A DNA stretch of 63,417 bases, counting the filler, from Octopus bimaculoides (Eukaryota), in assembly GCF_001194135.2 (NCBI RefSeq). It is 6 parts of 6 records of this genome, joined end to end, with 100 filler letters (N's around TTAATTAATTAA, not from the genome) between each part and the next. Parts side by side here need not be neighbours in the genome. Positions count along the whole stretch, not along the records: positions 22,770 to 41,669 come from NC_068983.1; positions 41,770 to 56,788 come from NC_069001.1; 4 more parts are not named here. One strand, given 5' to 3'. Both the position numbers and the translations under genes were made by a program. Of this stretch, positions 39,700 to 53,714 are shown in pieces. Positions within the stretch are counted from its first letter, which is position 1. Each line of letters opens with the position of its first letter. The notes beneath the pieces are model-generated. The model was not told where the DNA came from, did no database searches, and saw only the letters and a list, made by a program, of their open reading frames with translations.

Positions 39700-40085
39700 A
39701 AAGCCATTCTAGCCTTGAAGATCCTGTCTTTTTAGCATATGTTGGTTGGGTCTAGCTGCTTGTCATTTCCTTTGTAAGGTTCAGTATCCTGAGATCAGCT
39801 TTCACCATTTCTTCCCACAGTTTCCTTGGTCTTCATCTTTCACAAACTCCTGCTGCATGTGTTGGTTTTCAGTTTTTCACTTAAATTTTATCTTCCATAT
39901 GCATTATATGACTGAACCAGCATCAAACCAGCTCTGGTTCACCCTTTCACACCTGATTGTTCTCATAAACACTTACTCTCTCAGCTCATCTAAACATTGC
40001 TATTCATGTATACTATCATTTACACATCTACCAAAGCATTCATCTTCATTTTCTATTTCTTGCCAATACACCTCTTCCTCATTCA
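39700..40085 (-). mobile_element. RTE-like LINE 3' end, degenerate
   Basis: Minus strand loosely follows the RTE terminal pattern (LRW.GHV.RM...GRGRPRKTW.EVVK.DL..L.LT.EMT), with stops and frameshifts. Confidence 0.5.
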
Positions 40086-41492
40086 GTGATACACATACAC
40101 ATCATCGTCATCAATCTTTAATGTCCATGATCCATACTGGCATGGGTTGTATAGTTTGACAAGATTCAATGGGCCCAAGGCCTGCATCATGCTTTAGTGT
40201 TTGTTTGGCATGGTTTCTATGGCTGAATACCCTTCCTGATGCCATCCACTTTACAGCATGTACAGGGTGCTTTTTTTCAAGCTACTAGCACAAGTGAGGT
40301 AGTCATGAAGTTTGCAAGACTACAAACCTCAAGTGGACACACTCACACACGTACTAGGCATGGGTATGGTTCTACTAGCGTAGCTGAGGAGAAGGGGTGA
40401 GGTAGTAGGGGTAGTCCACTCCTAGGAAGCACTTTTGAGTCTGTTGTAGGCAATATGTGTTTTTTGTGGAGTCCAGGAGTGAGAAATGGAAAGGTCACAT
40501 CTTGAGGCACACAGTCTAGCTACATGGTTCTGTAGTTATGAATTTTGCCTTAACTTTTTTTATACAGAAAATGTAGTGAAAACCAGTGCAAGAAAGATAT
40601 TGCCTCTATAGGTGTTTTCACAGACCATAAGAATGTGCTTGTTTGGTACACTGTGCACATATTTTGCCCTGATGATTAAGCTAAATTATAAGACATTCTA
40701 TGTGGGTGTCCTTGTCATTTTTTTACATCTGCTTTCCATGGTGACATGGGTCATCATGGTCCATGTCTGCTCTTTATTTGGATGGTTGCTAGACTGTTTT
40801 GTTTGTATGTTTCACTTTTGGCATGGTTTCTTTGGCTGAATAACCCTTTCTAACACCAATCACTTAACAGATTGTACTGTATGTATTTTATCGTAGCATG
40901 AGCACTAAAGAGGTTGTCATGTCCTTGGCAAGACTACAGAGTCTTCTGTACCTTACATTGTCACTGTTCATTTGCCAACCACCTAAGAGTATACTGGGTG
41001 CACAGCACCCAGTACACTCTTAGTGTTGGACTTGTGATCATAAGATTGTGGTTTCAATTCCTGGTCTCTCTTCATTTCCCGTTGCTCCAGCCCACACAGC
41101 TGGCAAAAGTGAATAATCCTGTGATGGACTGGCATCCTGTCCAAGTGGGGAATATACCATATTTTGGTGTTTATAAGGAACCATTTTTTGCCAAAAATTA
41201 GGTTAAAAAAATATGGGAGTTTCTTATACATGGATAGTATTAGAATCCCTTACGAAACATTTTTTCCAAATTTTAAGCCCCCAAAATTAGAGGGTTCCTT
41301 GTACAGGTTAAAATACAGTATATGCCACAGAACCTAAGAAACTGACGCTCTGAATCTATATGACTTGGAAAGGATCTTTTTATCCTACATATATATTGTC
41401 AGTGGCCATTGGAGTCTGACGAGTTGTCTATAAAGCTAAGCACTTTATGGATGTGAAACTGTTGGTTGGTCACTCTATGACTGGACATGTAA

Positions 41493-41530
<38 letters not shown>

Positions 41531-41769
41531 TAAATATATACTTTTATAAAACAAATTTTACAAAATATATAGTATCTGTTAACAGTCTTAGCCAAAAACT
41601 CACAGTTGAGTTTTTGTATATATATATGTATACGTATGCATTTTATAAATAGGAATTACCGGAATGTGTNNNNNNNNNNNNNNNNNNNNNNNNNNNNNNN
41701 NNNNNNNNNNNNNTTAATTAATTAANNNNNNNNNNNNNNNNNNNNNNNNNNNNNNNNNNNNNNNNNNNN

Positions 41770-43995
41770 AGACACTCTATGAATAAATGGCAGACCGTGC
41801 TACAGCTCCGAACAAAAGAGGGACTCGTGAAAACCAAAGCCATCCCCATTAGAAGAGGAATATTCCAGGTAGACACGCTCTCTCCACTCCTGTTCTGCCT
41901 GGCACTCACACCTTTAACTGAATTGCTAAATAGAACTGGATGCGGATACAAATGTTACGGCAAAACAATCAGCCGCCTTTTATATATGGATGACCTAAAA
42001 CTATACGCTACAAATGATAAACAGCTGGAAGCACTACTACAGACAGTACATGGATTTACCAAAGAAATAGATATGAAATTTGAATTAGAAAAATGTGCCA
42101 AAGCAACCCTGAAAAGAGGAAAACTAGCTGAGAGTAGCAACATCACACTAGATAAAGCCAATGAAATAAGAGAATTAGACCAAAGCCAGACATACAAATA
42201 TTTAGGAATCAATGAACTAAATAGGATGCAACACACACAAATGAAAGAGAAAATAAAGAAAGAATACTATAGACGAGTTAGATCAATACTAAAAACAGAG
42301 CTCAATGCTAAAAACAAAGATAATAGGTATTAACACTCTAGCCGTCTCAGTTATAAGTTACAGCTACAATATCCTTAACTGGACACTAAACGAACTATCT
42401 AAAATAGACAGGAAAACAAGAAAAATAATGACAGGATCTAGGATGCACCACCCAAAATCTGACATAGAAAGGTTATATATACAGTGTATTGAAGGTAGTA
42501 GAGGCCTTATACAACTAGAAAACTATTACAAAATAACCACCATAGGACTACAGAAAGACCTACTTCAGAAGCAAGGAAAACTAATACAAATATCCACAAA
42601 ACACGAACAAAACAAAATACTGTTTTCACTCTTTACGGAAGCTGACAAATACGAAAAGGAAGATTTAGTACCTAACAACTATGAAGAAAAAGAAGAAACA
42701 ACAAAAGTTGTAAAACTTCTAAAATCCAAACTAAAACTGGAACATCAACGGATCATGATAAAACGATGGCAAGAAAAGCCCCTTCATGGCAAATACTGGG
42801 TTTAGCTAAACAGAAAAGAAATAGACAAAGCAAAATCCCAACAATGGCTGAGAAACTCAGAACTCAAAGCAGAGACTGGAGGATTTTTAATTGCAGGACA
42901 AGACCAAAGCCTCACCACCAGAAATTACCAAAAACATATAATGAATAACAAGCACAAGTAACTGCAGAATATGTGGAGATGGACAAGAAGTAATAAATCA
43001 TATTGTCTCTGGCTGCCCAGTCCTGGTTAAGAAGGAATATATTCACAGACATGACAGAGCTGGGACCTATATACACTAGAAGTTATGTGAAGGCGCGTGG
43101 CTTAGTGGTTAGGGCATTCGGCTCTCGATCGTAAAGTTGAGAGTTCGATTCCCGGCGACGCGTTGTGTCCTTGAGCAAGACACTTTATTTCACGTTGCTT
43201 CAGTNNNNNNNNNNNNNNNNNNNNNNNNNNNNNNNNNNNNNNNNCACTCAGCTGGCAGAAATTAGTGCCTGTATTTGAAAAGGCCGGCCTTGTCACGCTA
43301 TGTGTCACGCTGAGTCTTCCTGAGAACTACGTTAGGGGTACACGTGTCTGTGGAGTGCTCAGTCACTTGCACGTTAATTTCATGAGCAGGCTGTTCCGTT
43401 GATCGTATCAGCTGGGACCCTCATCGTCGTAACCGACGGAGTGCTACTACTTACCTACTAGAAGCTATACCAACACTATGGAATAACAACAGAAAAAGAT
43501 GGTATAGGCACACGCCAGAAAAGGTCACAGAAAATGAGAAAGCAACCATACTCTGGGGTATGCCAATGCACACAGAGAAATTAAGGCCAAAAGGCCGGAT
43601 ATAGTTGTCAGATTACCAAGAAAAAAAAAAGGTTTCTAATCGATGTATCAATACCAACAGATGGCCATGTTTCTGTAAAAGAAACGGAGAAACTTTCAAA
43701 ACACAAAGATCTGGAAATAGAAGTAACTCAAATGTGGAGCCTAAAAACAGAAACAATTCCTTTCATAGTAGACGCATTAGGTATGATAAAAAACATTCAG
43801 GCAAATACATAACAAAAACACCAGGACTTACAAGTATATATATCATACAGAAAATTGCACCACTAGGCACCGTACTCATCCTACGTAAAACACTTACAAT
43901 GCAGTAAAAATAAGAGCGTCACAACAAACCACAGCACACACCCAAGGTACACAGAGCTGCGCCCGGTAGTGCAGTGAAAGCACGTGATAAAAATA
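41770..43995 (+). mobile_element. R4/Dong-type RLE LINE, 3' half (RT C-terminus, CCHC knuckle, restriction-like endonuclease, 3' UTR), interrupted by a SINE at 43088-43456
   Basis: RRGIFQVDTLSPLLFCL, LLYMDDLKLY, YKYLGI, HPKSDIERLY, KPLHGKYW, CRICG...HIVSGC...RHD, RPDIV, IVDALG. Tail runs into (GAT)n(AAT)n. Confidence 0.93.
43088..43456 (+). mobile_element. Family B-related SINE (variant tRNA head) inserted in a LINE
   Basis: A/B boxes, 3' half shared with 9933-10316, flanking 13-bp duplication ACTAGAAG[T/C]TAT[G/A]. Confidence 0.88.
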
Positions 43996-44005
43996 AGACT
44001 ACTGA

Positions 44006-44076
<71 letters not shown>

Positions 44077-44394
44077 TTGAGAATGATCCTTAGATTACCT
44101 ATTGATGCAGGAAGTGCAAAAGATTCTATTAAATGTTACGTCACACATATTGGGAAGAGCGTTGTTGCTGTGAATTTTCTTTCCTTTTTTGCCTTTTATT
44201 CTCTTTGTTTACTTTTATATTTTATATATTTTTATTTTTCTCTCCGTCTTTCTTCCCCTTTTTTCTATCACATGACTTTGTAAATGAACAATCTAGTGCG
44301 ATTATTTTAATGGCCTACAAATGTATACAGTGCGTGCCTCTGCCCTGGGTGTCAGGAAGGTACTCCGCAAGAAAAGGAAACAGAATTGCAAGAA

Positions 44395-44631
<237 letters not shown>

Positions 44632-45059
44632 NNNNNNNNNNNNNNNNNNNNNNNNNNNNNNNNNNNNNNNNNNNNNNNNNNNNNNNNNNNNNNNNNNNNN
44701 NNNNNNNNNNNNNNNNNNNNNNNNNNNNNNNNNNCACACACACACACACACACACTATTATACAACCCCCGTCCAAAAGCATACAAGAATAAACTCGTAC
44801 TGTAAATACCCAGCAAAATGAACAAAACCCGCAACATTTGCCATAGAAGGCCGATACCCGACAGAAGAACATAACCTGCACTACACTAACAACACATAAT
44901 ATAAAAACTAATACAGCCTAAGACTCAAACAAGACCCCATAACAAAACGTACTGATACAATACAATATCCACCCCCGCCAAAAATTGCAGCAGACACCAC
45001 CTCACCAGCACAAAAATGCAACAAATGATGCAATAGAAAGTTGCTTGAAACTTTCAGAT

Positions 45060-46616
45060 GTCGAAAAATAATAGTGGTGATGACGATGGTGATGAACGTT
45101 ACCTTACCTCAGTTTATGAGAGACAGGAGTTACCAAAAGACTCAGGTTGTAACAGCCAAAATGAAGCTGGACCTTTAAGGGAAGGCCTCTTGCTTGGTAG
45201 TAGTTCAGTAAAGATGCAGACTTATCATAGTTGGTACCCTAATACAGCATCAGCAGATGCAAGGAGGAGGAAGTGGACCATTGAAGAAAACAAGATAGTG
45301 ATGCAGTGCTACTTAGAAAGTGAACCTAAAAGAAGAGGCCATAGAAAACAGATGTTACCACTTTGGGTAGAGAAGAGTATGTTTAAAGTGACTGAGCAGA
45401 GATTAGTTGATCAAGCTAATACTATTAAGAGAACAAAGTGAATGACAGAATTGGAGGTAGAAGAGACCACAAGAGAACTGGAAAAGAAAGACCAGGCAGT
45501 GGGAAAGACAAACAACAACATAGAAGAGATACAGCTCAAACCAAAGAAGAACCTAAAGGAAAAAATAACAATAACACTACCAATAATGAAGGGACAACTG
45601 GCACCAACGACTTAAGGGATTTAAGTGAGGAAGATCAGAAGATTTTAAATGAGTTGCAGGAAGTAATGAGTAAAGAAGTAAGGAAAAGATTGCCAGCATC
45701 AAAAGGCACCAACAGAAGGAAGCTACAAGAAATGACTTGGAAAGGAGATTCTGTTACTAGTTGGATAGACACTAAAAATATAAGACACGCTAACTTATTG
45801 ATCTATGCAGGAAGGGCAGTAGCCACCAGAAGATTAGATATCTCACAGGGAAAGATTGAAAAAGAGCAAATGGGGAAAAGGAGATTAAAAAATAAAGTGA
45901 AGACTTTAAGACAAGATCTGAGTAGAATAGAAGAATGGAAACTCAACAAGTTAGGAAACACTAAATGCAAATCTTCCTCCGAGAAAATATATTTAGTCGA
46001 AGAGAAAGGATTTGGGACATTAATAGAAAAGTTGAAACATCGTATCATAACAGTAGCAGGCAAGCTCTCCAGATACCAGAAAAGAATAGATCAATATCAA
46101 CAGAACAGATTATTTGAGACAGACCAGAGGAGATTTAATAACCAAATAAATGGTAGAGAACGAAGTACTGAAGATGAGAAACCTAATGCAGAGGAAGCTA
46201 GAAAGTTCTGGAGTAATATTTGGGATAAACCAGTCAATCATAATGGAGATGCAGTATGGTTAAAGAAAGTAAGGGAAGAAGTGAGTGAGAAGCAGCCAGA
46301 TCTAAGATTAACTAGTGCATTAATGAGTAAAGTGCTAGCAAAAATACCGAATTGGAAGGGCCTAGGACCAGATTTACTTCAAGGGTACTGGCTAAAGAAA
46401 TTTAGTAGTTTACATGGGGGGGGGGCTGAGGGAACAACTTCAAGATTGCCTTCAGGGGGGAATAATACCAGATTGGATGACTAGAGGGAGGACAATACTC
46501 ATTTTGAAGAATCAGAGTAAGGGTAATACAGCTAGCAACTATAGACCAACTATAGACAGTCGCACTCCTGCTAAACATTTCGCCCGGCGTGCTGACGATT
46601 CTGCTAGCTCGCTGCC

Positions 46617-46705
<89 letters not shown>

Positions 46706-47880
46706 TTCTATTATAAACGCAAAGCCTGGAGTTGGTGGTTGGGTGATGAGTCGAAAACATCGACTCCATGACTCATATAGTACTTATTTTATCGACCTCG
46801 AAAGGATGAAAGGCAAAGTCGACCTCGGCGGAACTTGAACCCAAATAATAAGCAACGGCATGGATCGATTACCAAAATGCATATAATAGTGTGTACACTC
46901 ATAGATCTTTGAATGCCTCAAGATATCTGGGATAGCTGATAAGTCAACAACAAAACAGTATGGCCAAAAGAGATGACTTTATTAACATCAGATCGAGATA
47001 AGTTAGATGAATATTCCCCTACATAAGTAGGGGAATATTCCAAGGTGATCACTCTCTCCACTACTATTCGTAGTTGCTCTTAACGCTCTTACATTGACCC
47101 TGAGAGAGGTTAAACTATTTAGGAGAGGTTAGAGAATAAACCATCTCCTGTTTAATGGACGACCTGGAATTATTTGCCAAAAGTGTGGAAACTTTAAATT
47201 CATTTGTACAGACTGTTGGTACGGAGTTTAGAACAGATAAGTGTGCGATGTTTGTGATAAAGAGAGGGAAAATATCCAAGTCAGAAGGGATTAAGTTCCC
47301 AAATAAGACATCTATCCGAGCAATGAATGAGGGTAACCGTTACATGTACCAAGGTGTATTGGAGGCAGATAGAATTCTCTGCCAAGAAATCAAAGAAGTT
47401 AAGAAACGAATATCTCAGGAGAGTAAAAAAAGTGCTAGGCTCAAAACTAAATGGAGGGAAAAGCGTCTCTACAGTAAACTCAGGGGCGGTTTCTCTCATG
47501 CGATAGTTTGCATCTTTCTTGAACTGGACTAAGGAAGACTTAAGAGACACAGATTGTTAGACCAGAAAGATAACGTCCAGGTACAAAGTACAGTTCGTTA
47601 CGTCCCAGAGAGTGTCGATAGATTATACCTACCATGGGAGTAGTGAGAGAAGACTGATATCAGAAGAAGACTGTGTAGAGATGGCAAAATGTCATATAGA
47701 AGAGTATGTAAGAAGCAACTCAGAAAGACTAATTCCAGCTGCCGACGGAGAGGAGAAAGAAGCTGCGGAGACGGGAATGGAACACACGAAAAAAGGCAGC
47801 AGGAGCGAGAAAGAAACATTTGGGGAAAAGAACTACACAATCAGCATCTCAGCCAAACGCAGGACGTAGCTGATGGATTT
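45060..47880 (+). mobile_element. R4/Dong-type LINE, N-terminal region plus internally deleted RT, with SINE fragments at 46556-46850
   Basis: RRKWTIEENK..MQCY..SEP, YQQNRLFETDQRRF, FWSNIW, PNWKGLGPDLLQGYWLKKF, DWMTRGRT, NYRP, WIDYQNAY, MDDLELFAK. Confidence 0.9.
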
Positions 47881-48096
47881 TAAGCGAATTTTCCTCGTCC
47901 TGTCTTTTCGTTTTTTATCTTAGGACGGCCCACGGTTTTTTAAAACTATTTTTTCTGTTTCGTTTTTCTCCGACATCAGTCTTTTTTGGTGGATTCAATT
48001 CCTCCTCATCTCACAATAAAGTTTCCGAATCGTCAGTAAATCACATATCTGTGTTACCAGTCTATAGTGATGGTTGAGCGCTGTTTGTTTCTACCG

Positions 48097-48460
48097 CTAC
48101 AGTTGTTGGCATCGGTGTTGTGATAGGATCGTGTTGTTGAAGTTGCTGCTTCCGAGGCTGTTGCTGCAGTGATTGTTGTTGCTAATTTTGGTTGTCTTGT
48201 GGTGGTGGTGACAGAAAGGCCATTCCCTTAGCTCCATTTGTTGTTGTTGCGGGCAGAGTGTGTTAGATCCACAAGTGTAACATCTCAGTTTTCTGCTTTC
48301 AACCACAACCTGGAGTTGTGTTCCATTTGGCAATTCAATGAGGTTGGGGATCTTGTTCAGAGATTCAGGTTTTACCTGGATCAAAATCTCCGACCCAGTC
48401 TCAGTCCAGTTCACCTTACGATACTTTAATATCTAGAAGCGAATCCAGGCCTTCGACCAC
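48097..48460 (-). mobile_element. L1/Tx1-like ORF1 fragment with zinc knuckle
   Basis: IPNLIELPNGTQLQVVVESRKLRCYTCGSNT..CP resembles a gag-type CCHC knuckle. Confidence 0.55.
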
Positions 48461-48805
48461 TACACAAGCAACCAACCACCAAATTTCTAATTCTGGTGGC
48501 AGCTCTAAAATTTTAATCCTCACCACAAATTTGAAACTAATATTTCTTAAACGTCAAGCGACCGTATATAGGTTACGTTGTTGCACTCGTATTGCACAGT
48601 GACAGAACAGCAATGATTGGGAGAAGTATTTCCTGATATCATATCATATGATATCATATGATATGCTATAGCGACTTCGTCTCCAGATGTCATTCTCTAA
48701 AATGTCAACGGTCAACTGTTGAAAGTTTTCCACTAAAGGAAAAACAAAGACAAAAGAACAACAACACAAGAAACAACAGATTCATCATTCAAAGGAAAAA
48801 CAAAA

Positions 48806-48865
<60 letters not shown>

Positions 48866-49084
48866 TAGTAGTAGTAGTAGTAGTAGCAGTAGTAGTAGTA
48901 GTAGTAGTAGCAAATTGTTACTGTTGTGGACCTTGTTATTATTATTGTTATTATCAAAAGACATCACCATCATCATCATCGACATATTTATTATTTGTAT
49001 TGTTGTTGTTGCTGTTGTTGTAAGGACGGCATTGAAGGGCAAGTCACAAAACTGACTGTAGTGGAAGTGCAACAGTAACAGGAA

Positions 49085-49263
49085 GTGGAGGAGGAGGAGG
49101 AGGAGGAGAAGAAGACGAAGAAGAAGAAGAAGAAGAAGAAGAAGAAAAAGAAGAAGAAAAAGAAGAAGAAGAAGAAGAAGAAGAAGAAGAAAAAGAAGAA
49201 GAAGAAGAAGAAAAAGAAGAAGAAGAAGAAGAAGAAGAAGAAGAAGAAGAAGAAGAAGAAGAA
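49085..49263. repeat. (GGA)n(GAA)n polypurine tract
   Basis: Direct reading. Confidence 0.95.
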
Positions 49264-49824
49264 ATATGAAACAGTTTAGAAGAGAAATATTTTGACAGTT
49301 TTGACAGTAAATTTGGTTGTTGCGAAAGGGTTATTGTTAATGTTTGTGAAAGAAAAAGAAAACAAAAAAACAATAGAAGCAAAAAAAGAGGAAAAGTAAA
49401 GAAAAAAAAAAAGAAAAAAGGGTAGAAGAGAAAAAAATCCAAAAATGGTAGAACTGTCTGTCTAAATGTGATTTTGAAATAATTGCTTTTAAAAATGACA
49501 ACAGCAACAACGGCAGCCACAAAAACTACTACAGCAACATCAAGAAGAACAAGAGCGACAATAATATCAGTAACAGTAAAAAAAAAACAAGGACGAAGAA
49601 AAGAAAGAGTCTGCGTACGGTTACAGGACCTGCTAGAAATAGCAGAAGTAGACAAAAGTCGCTACTAAAGACCTTAAGAAAAAAGGCACATTGGATAATA
49701 TTGTTCTAGCAACAGTATATCTATAAAAAGAGATGTGCAGCATCGTCACGGTTGGACCGCTTTCGACTCTTGATCAAGACTGAGATGAGGCTAAACAATG
49801 TATGTATGTATGTATGTATGTATG

Positions 49825-49923
<99 letters not shown>

Positions 49924-50269
49924 ATGCACACATAAATTCAAAACAATTACAAAGGATATGGAAACTTGTACATCTCCAAATTTTCCTTTTAATTTTAACA
50001 GTTAATTATATATATATATACATATTCAAACTACAAAAAGCCTTACGAATAGGGTTTCCTGGTCGAAATAGCAGTGAAAACAATAAGTTTTACAATCAAC
50101 GTTTGGATGAGCATGCGCATACAGAAAAAGACAGAGAAACGAAGCGGGGATTATTTGACTTTACAGTAAATATAACCAGTGTCTTACTAATATCAATAAT
50201 TACATAAACCATCACTAGAATGCGTTATGATGCCTCTAGTGGTTTATCTTTAATTTTCGCTAAAATATA

Positions 50270-51900
50270 TTTTATAAAGTTCGGACATGAAAATAAAATT
50301 TGCTCCTGGTTTTAACATAATCGCTGGAGGTTCTTAAGTTTTACAAAAGGTAGTTTCTCAAGCGAGCATTTGAAGACGTTCTTGCCCCTAAGTTTCCATA
50401 TTAATGCCGAAAGCGTTGTTGCATGTCTCTTCCAGAGGGTCTAACTGTTGAATGATGGTTGTTGTGTCTGGACCTAAATTTTCCTTCCACAGATCCAATA
50501 GAACGCTTGGTCACTGTCCAGCCGTTGCCATTGTTTGTTGATACCTGTGCTTCCTAGAGGACATTTAGATTTATCTGTGCATATACATCCAGGGCATCAG
50601 TTGTTCATTGATATAGACCTTTACATTAGAGGAGCATGAATATGTGATTTTAACTGCGTGCCTATTAAATATCTTTCTATACCTATGGTTGCTAGGAAAG
50701 TGATTATCTAACAAGTGTAAGAATTGTTTACCTATATTTGTTCTAACATTTAGGGAGAAGGGTAGGCGAGCCATAAAATATTGCTGGACCTGTTCTTAGG
50801 ACCAGATGATTGAGGAGGTGCAGGGTTATAAAAGATTTTATCTGTGAAGCCGCTAGTCTGTAAAGCCTTATAATATGGTGATCCCTTTTGAAATAATTCT
50901 CTAGATGAAGAAAGACGTAGATCTATGGCTAAATGTATTAGGTGGGTGGCAACAGTGTTTATTGATAGATTTCAGATTTTCATTGGGCTTTTGGAATGAT
51001 TCATAAGAATTAGTTTTGAGGTCTCATGGAACATCTAAATAGTCTGTCCTAGTTAACTTAGTGTCAGTAGCAATTCTAATTCTAAAGACATATAGGCGGA
51101 AATCAACTGTTTCGTTAAGGAATCCATAGCATGGCCATTACAATTGTGTGATTGCCAAAGCATTATCCCGGTATATACCAATGCTCTGGTTGGGGAATTT
51201 TGAATTTAGATGGTATCTGCGATATCATATGAACACACTAGGGTACAGAATAGTTCATAAGTGTAATCTATTTTGGTCCAACTAAATCTATTACTAAATA
51301 ACAATCTCTTACGTGCATGCATAATGAGGTTTGTATACAAACCGACTTTTAAACTCCAATGCAACAGTGGTTCATACATTGACAGGTATAAATCCACACT
51401 ATCAAACTATGTGAATTTTGCTTTATTTTCATTGTAGATGGATTGAACCATCACTAAAAAACTATTTCTCCATAGTAAAAAGTTTGAAGATTTCTTAATT
51501 TTAAAATTAATATTCCCTAAAATTCTTTTGCTTACTAAACCTAGTTCCAACCAAGTTGGGTTAATTCGTCTGAATTTTGGTTTATTGTAAAAGTCAGGTT
51601 TATAATCAGTCAGTGTCATGAAAGCTTTCCTCTTAGCTAGACATTCAGTTCTTTGATCAATATTAACATTTCCCGCAAGGACAACTTCCATGTTAATAGA
51701 AGAGTAAGTATCTGTCAGACTTTCGAATGTATCATGCATATCCGTATCTGCCTAATATAGATCATTAGTCTCATCCGAAAATGTAAACTTACTATTAGAG
51801 TTCTTAAACAGGCGTGTATCTTTAGCTAGCTAAGATTGAAAACGGTCACAGTGAGGGTACTTACTAGATTTAATCGTGGAAATAGGATCCAGCAAATCGG
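50270..51900 (-). mobile_element. Decayed Penelope-like element (RT plus GIY-YIG)
   Basis: ECLAKRKAFMTLTDYKP..NKPKFRRINP..ELG.VSK.IL..IN, LPFSLNVRTNIGKQFLHLLDNHFP..HRYRKIFNRHAVKITYSC, CIC.DKSKCPLG linker. Confidence 0.88.
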
Positions 51901-52336
51901 TCTCGAAAGGGACAGGTCTTTGACACGAGGGAGAAATTTTCGGGATTTAATACATATACACATGTGTGTGTAGATATAGATAGATAGTATTACTAAATGA
52001 GGTTCTATTGAATACATCGAGAGAGATCAAAAGTGAAATGAAGGCTTCACAATATGACATAAATCAACAGATAAGACGATCCATTCAGTAAGCGAAAGAG
52101 GCATCAGGGAAAAGAAGTTCGTTGGTAGTTGGTATTTTGTAAATCCAAGATTATCCAAAGTTAAATATTATATAATGCCACTTTATGCATTGGTGTAATA
52201 TAATAATAATAAAACAGATGAATGGAATGTATAGTATATCTACAAATGCTTCATTCAGAAATATTATTGTGATGCAGCATCTAACACTAGACGCGGTCTA
52301 ATGACGGAAACAAATAAAAGGTTATATATATATATA

Positions 52337-52528
52337 TATTCGTTTATATTTATATAAAGGGCATTATTACAGAAAAATAATAACGCCACACAGTGGACTT
52401 CTCAAAATAACCACATTTAGTACCTAATGCGAGGATTAGGTACTAAATGTGGTTATTTTTTGAGAAGTCCACTGTGTGGCGTTGTTATTTTTCTGTAATA
52501 ATGCCCTTTATATAAATATAAACGAATA
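52337..52528. repeat. Near-perfect palindrome, 92/94-bp arms, 6-nt loop
   Basis: One substitution and a 2-nt A-run difference between arms; loop gcgagg at 52429-52434. Confidence 0.95.
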
Positions 52529-53655
52529 ATTATATTCTTGGGAATAGAAATTTCCCTAATGAATTTTTTTTACACACTGGCTTCTTGATAAAATTTTTGT
52601 AAAAGAGTTTTATCCTTTTTTGAATTTATATATATNNNNNNNNNNNNNNNNNNNNNNNNNNNNNNNNNNNNNNNNNNNNNNNNNNNNNNNNNNNNNNNNN
52701 NNNNNNNNNNNNNNNNNNNNNNNNNNNNNNNNNNNNNNNNNNNNNNNNNNNNNNNNNNNNNNNNNNNNNNNNNNNNNNNNNNNNNNNNNNNNNNNNNNNN
52801 NNNNNNNNNNNNNNNNNNNNNNNNNNNNNNNNNNNNNNNNNNNNNNNNNNNNNNNNNNNNNNNNNNNNNNNNNNNNNNNNNNNNNNNNNNNNNNNNNNNN
52901 NNNNNNNNNNNNNNNNNNNNNNNAAAAAGAGAAATAAAAGGGAAAGTAAATTGAATTAAATTTATCTTTCATATTAGTTTGGGAAGTTCTCATGATATTT
53001 TTTTTTCTTTTTTTATTACAAAAATCACATACTGAAAATTCGTTAAGCCATGATGATTGTAACTGTTGTTTAAGGCGGCGAGCTGGACGAAATGCTTAGC
53101 GGTATTTTGTCTGCTGCTACTTCTGAGTTCAAATTCCGCCGAGATCGACTTAACCTTTCATCCCTTCGGGGTCGATAAATAAAGCACCAGTTACGCACTG
53201 GGGTTGATGTAATCGACTTAATCCGTTTGTCTGTTCTTGTTTAGCGCCTTGTGGGCAATAAAGAATATGATTGTAACTGTTGTTTTTTTTTTTTATAATA
53301 GACAAGGTTCTTCTTTAAAAGTTTCAACAAAGTTTTGTCAGGATCAAATTTAAAGTTGTTCGCCGCTTGAGTAATCTTTCCTTTCAAATTGTTTTTAATT
53401 CTACAATTGCATTTAAAAAACATATTGCGTGGTTCATTTTCTTTCTTCTCCCGTGAATTGATTTGAAACGTTACTTGGCTAACTTCTTTATATTAAGATG
53501 TATGTATCTTTTATATAGATATGCTGCAATATATGTAATGTTTCAACCACTTATGTAGAAATATTCGTATGTAATCTTTTTACACTTTGTAGCTCAACTT
53601 TTCCAATATTTGGTATGTTGCCCTCATCTGAGCAGCAATTACACACGTCCGCCAT

Positions 53656-53687
<32 letters not shown>

Positions 53688-53714
53688 TGTATGTATGTAT
53701 GTATGTGCGTGCGA

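Noticed and set aside
40398-40409. TGAGGTAGTAGG, matching the first 12 nt of let-7
   Set aside because: Diverges afterwards and has no complementary arm.
48640-48665. 26-bp perfect palindrome CATATCATATGATATCATATGATATG
   Set aside because: Arises from (ATATC/ATATG)n low complexity.
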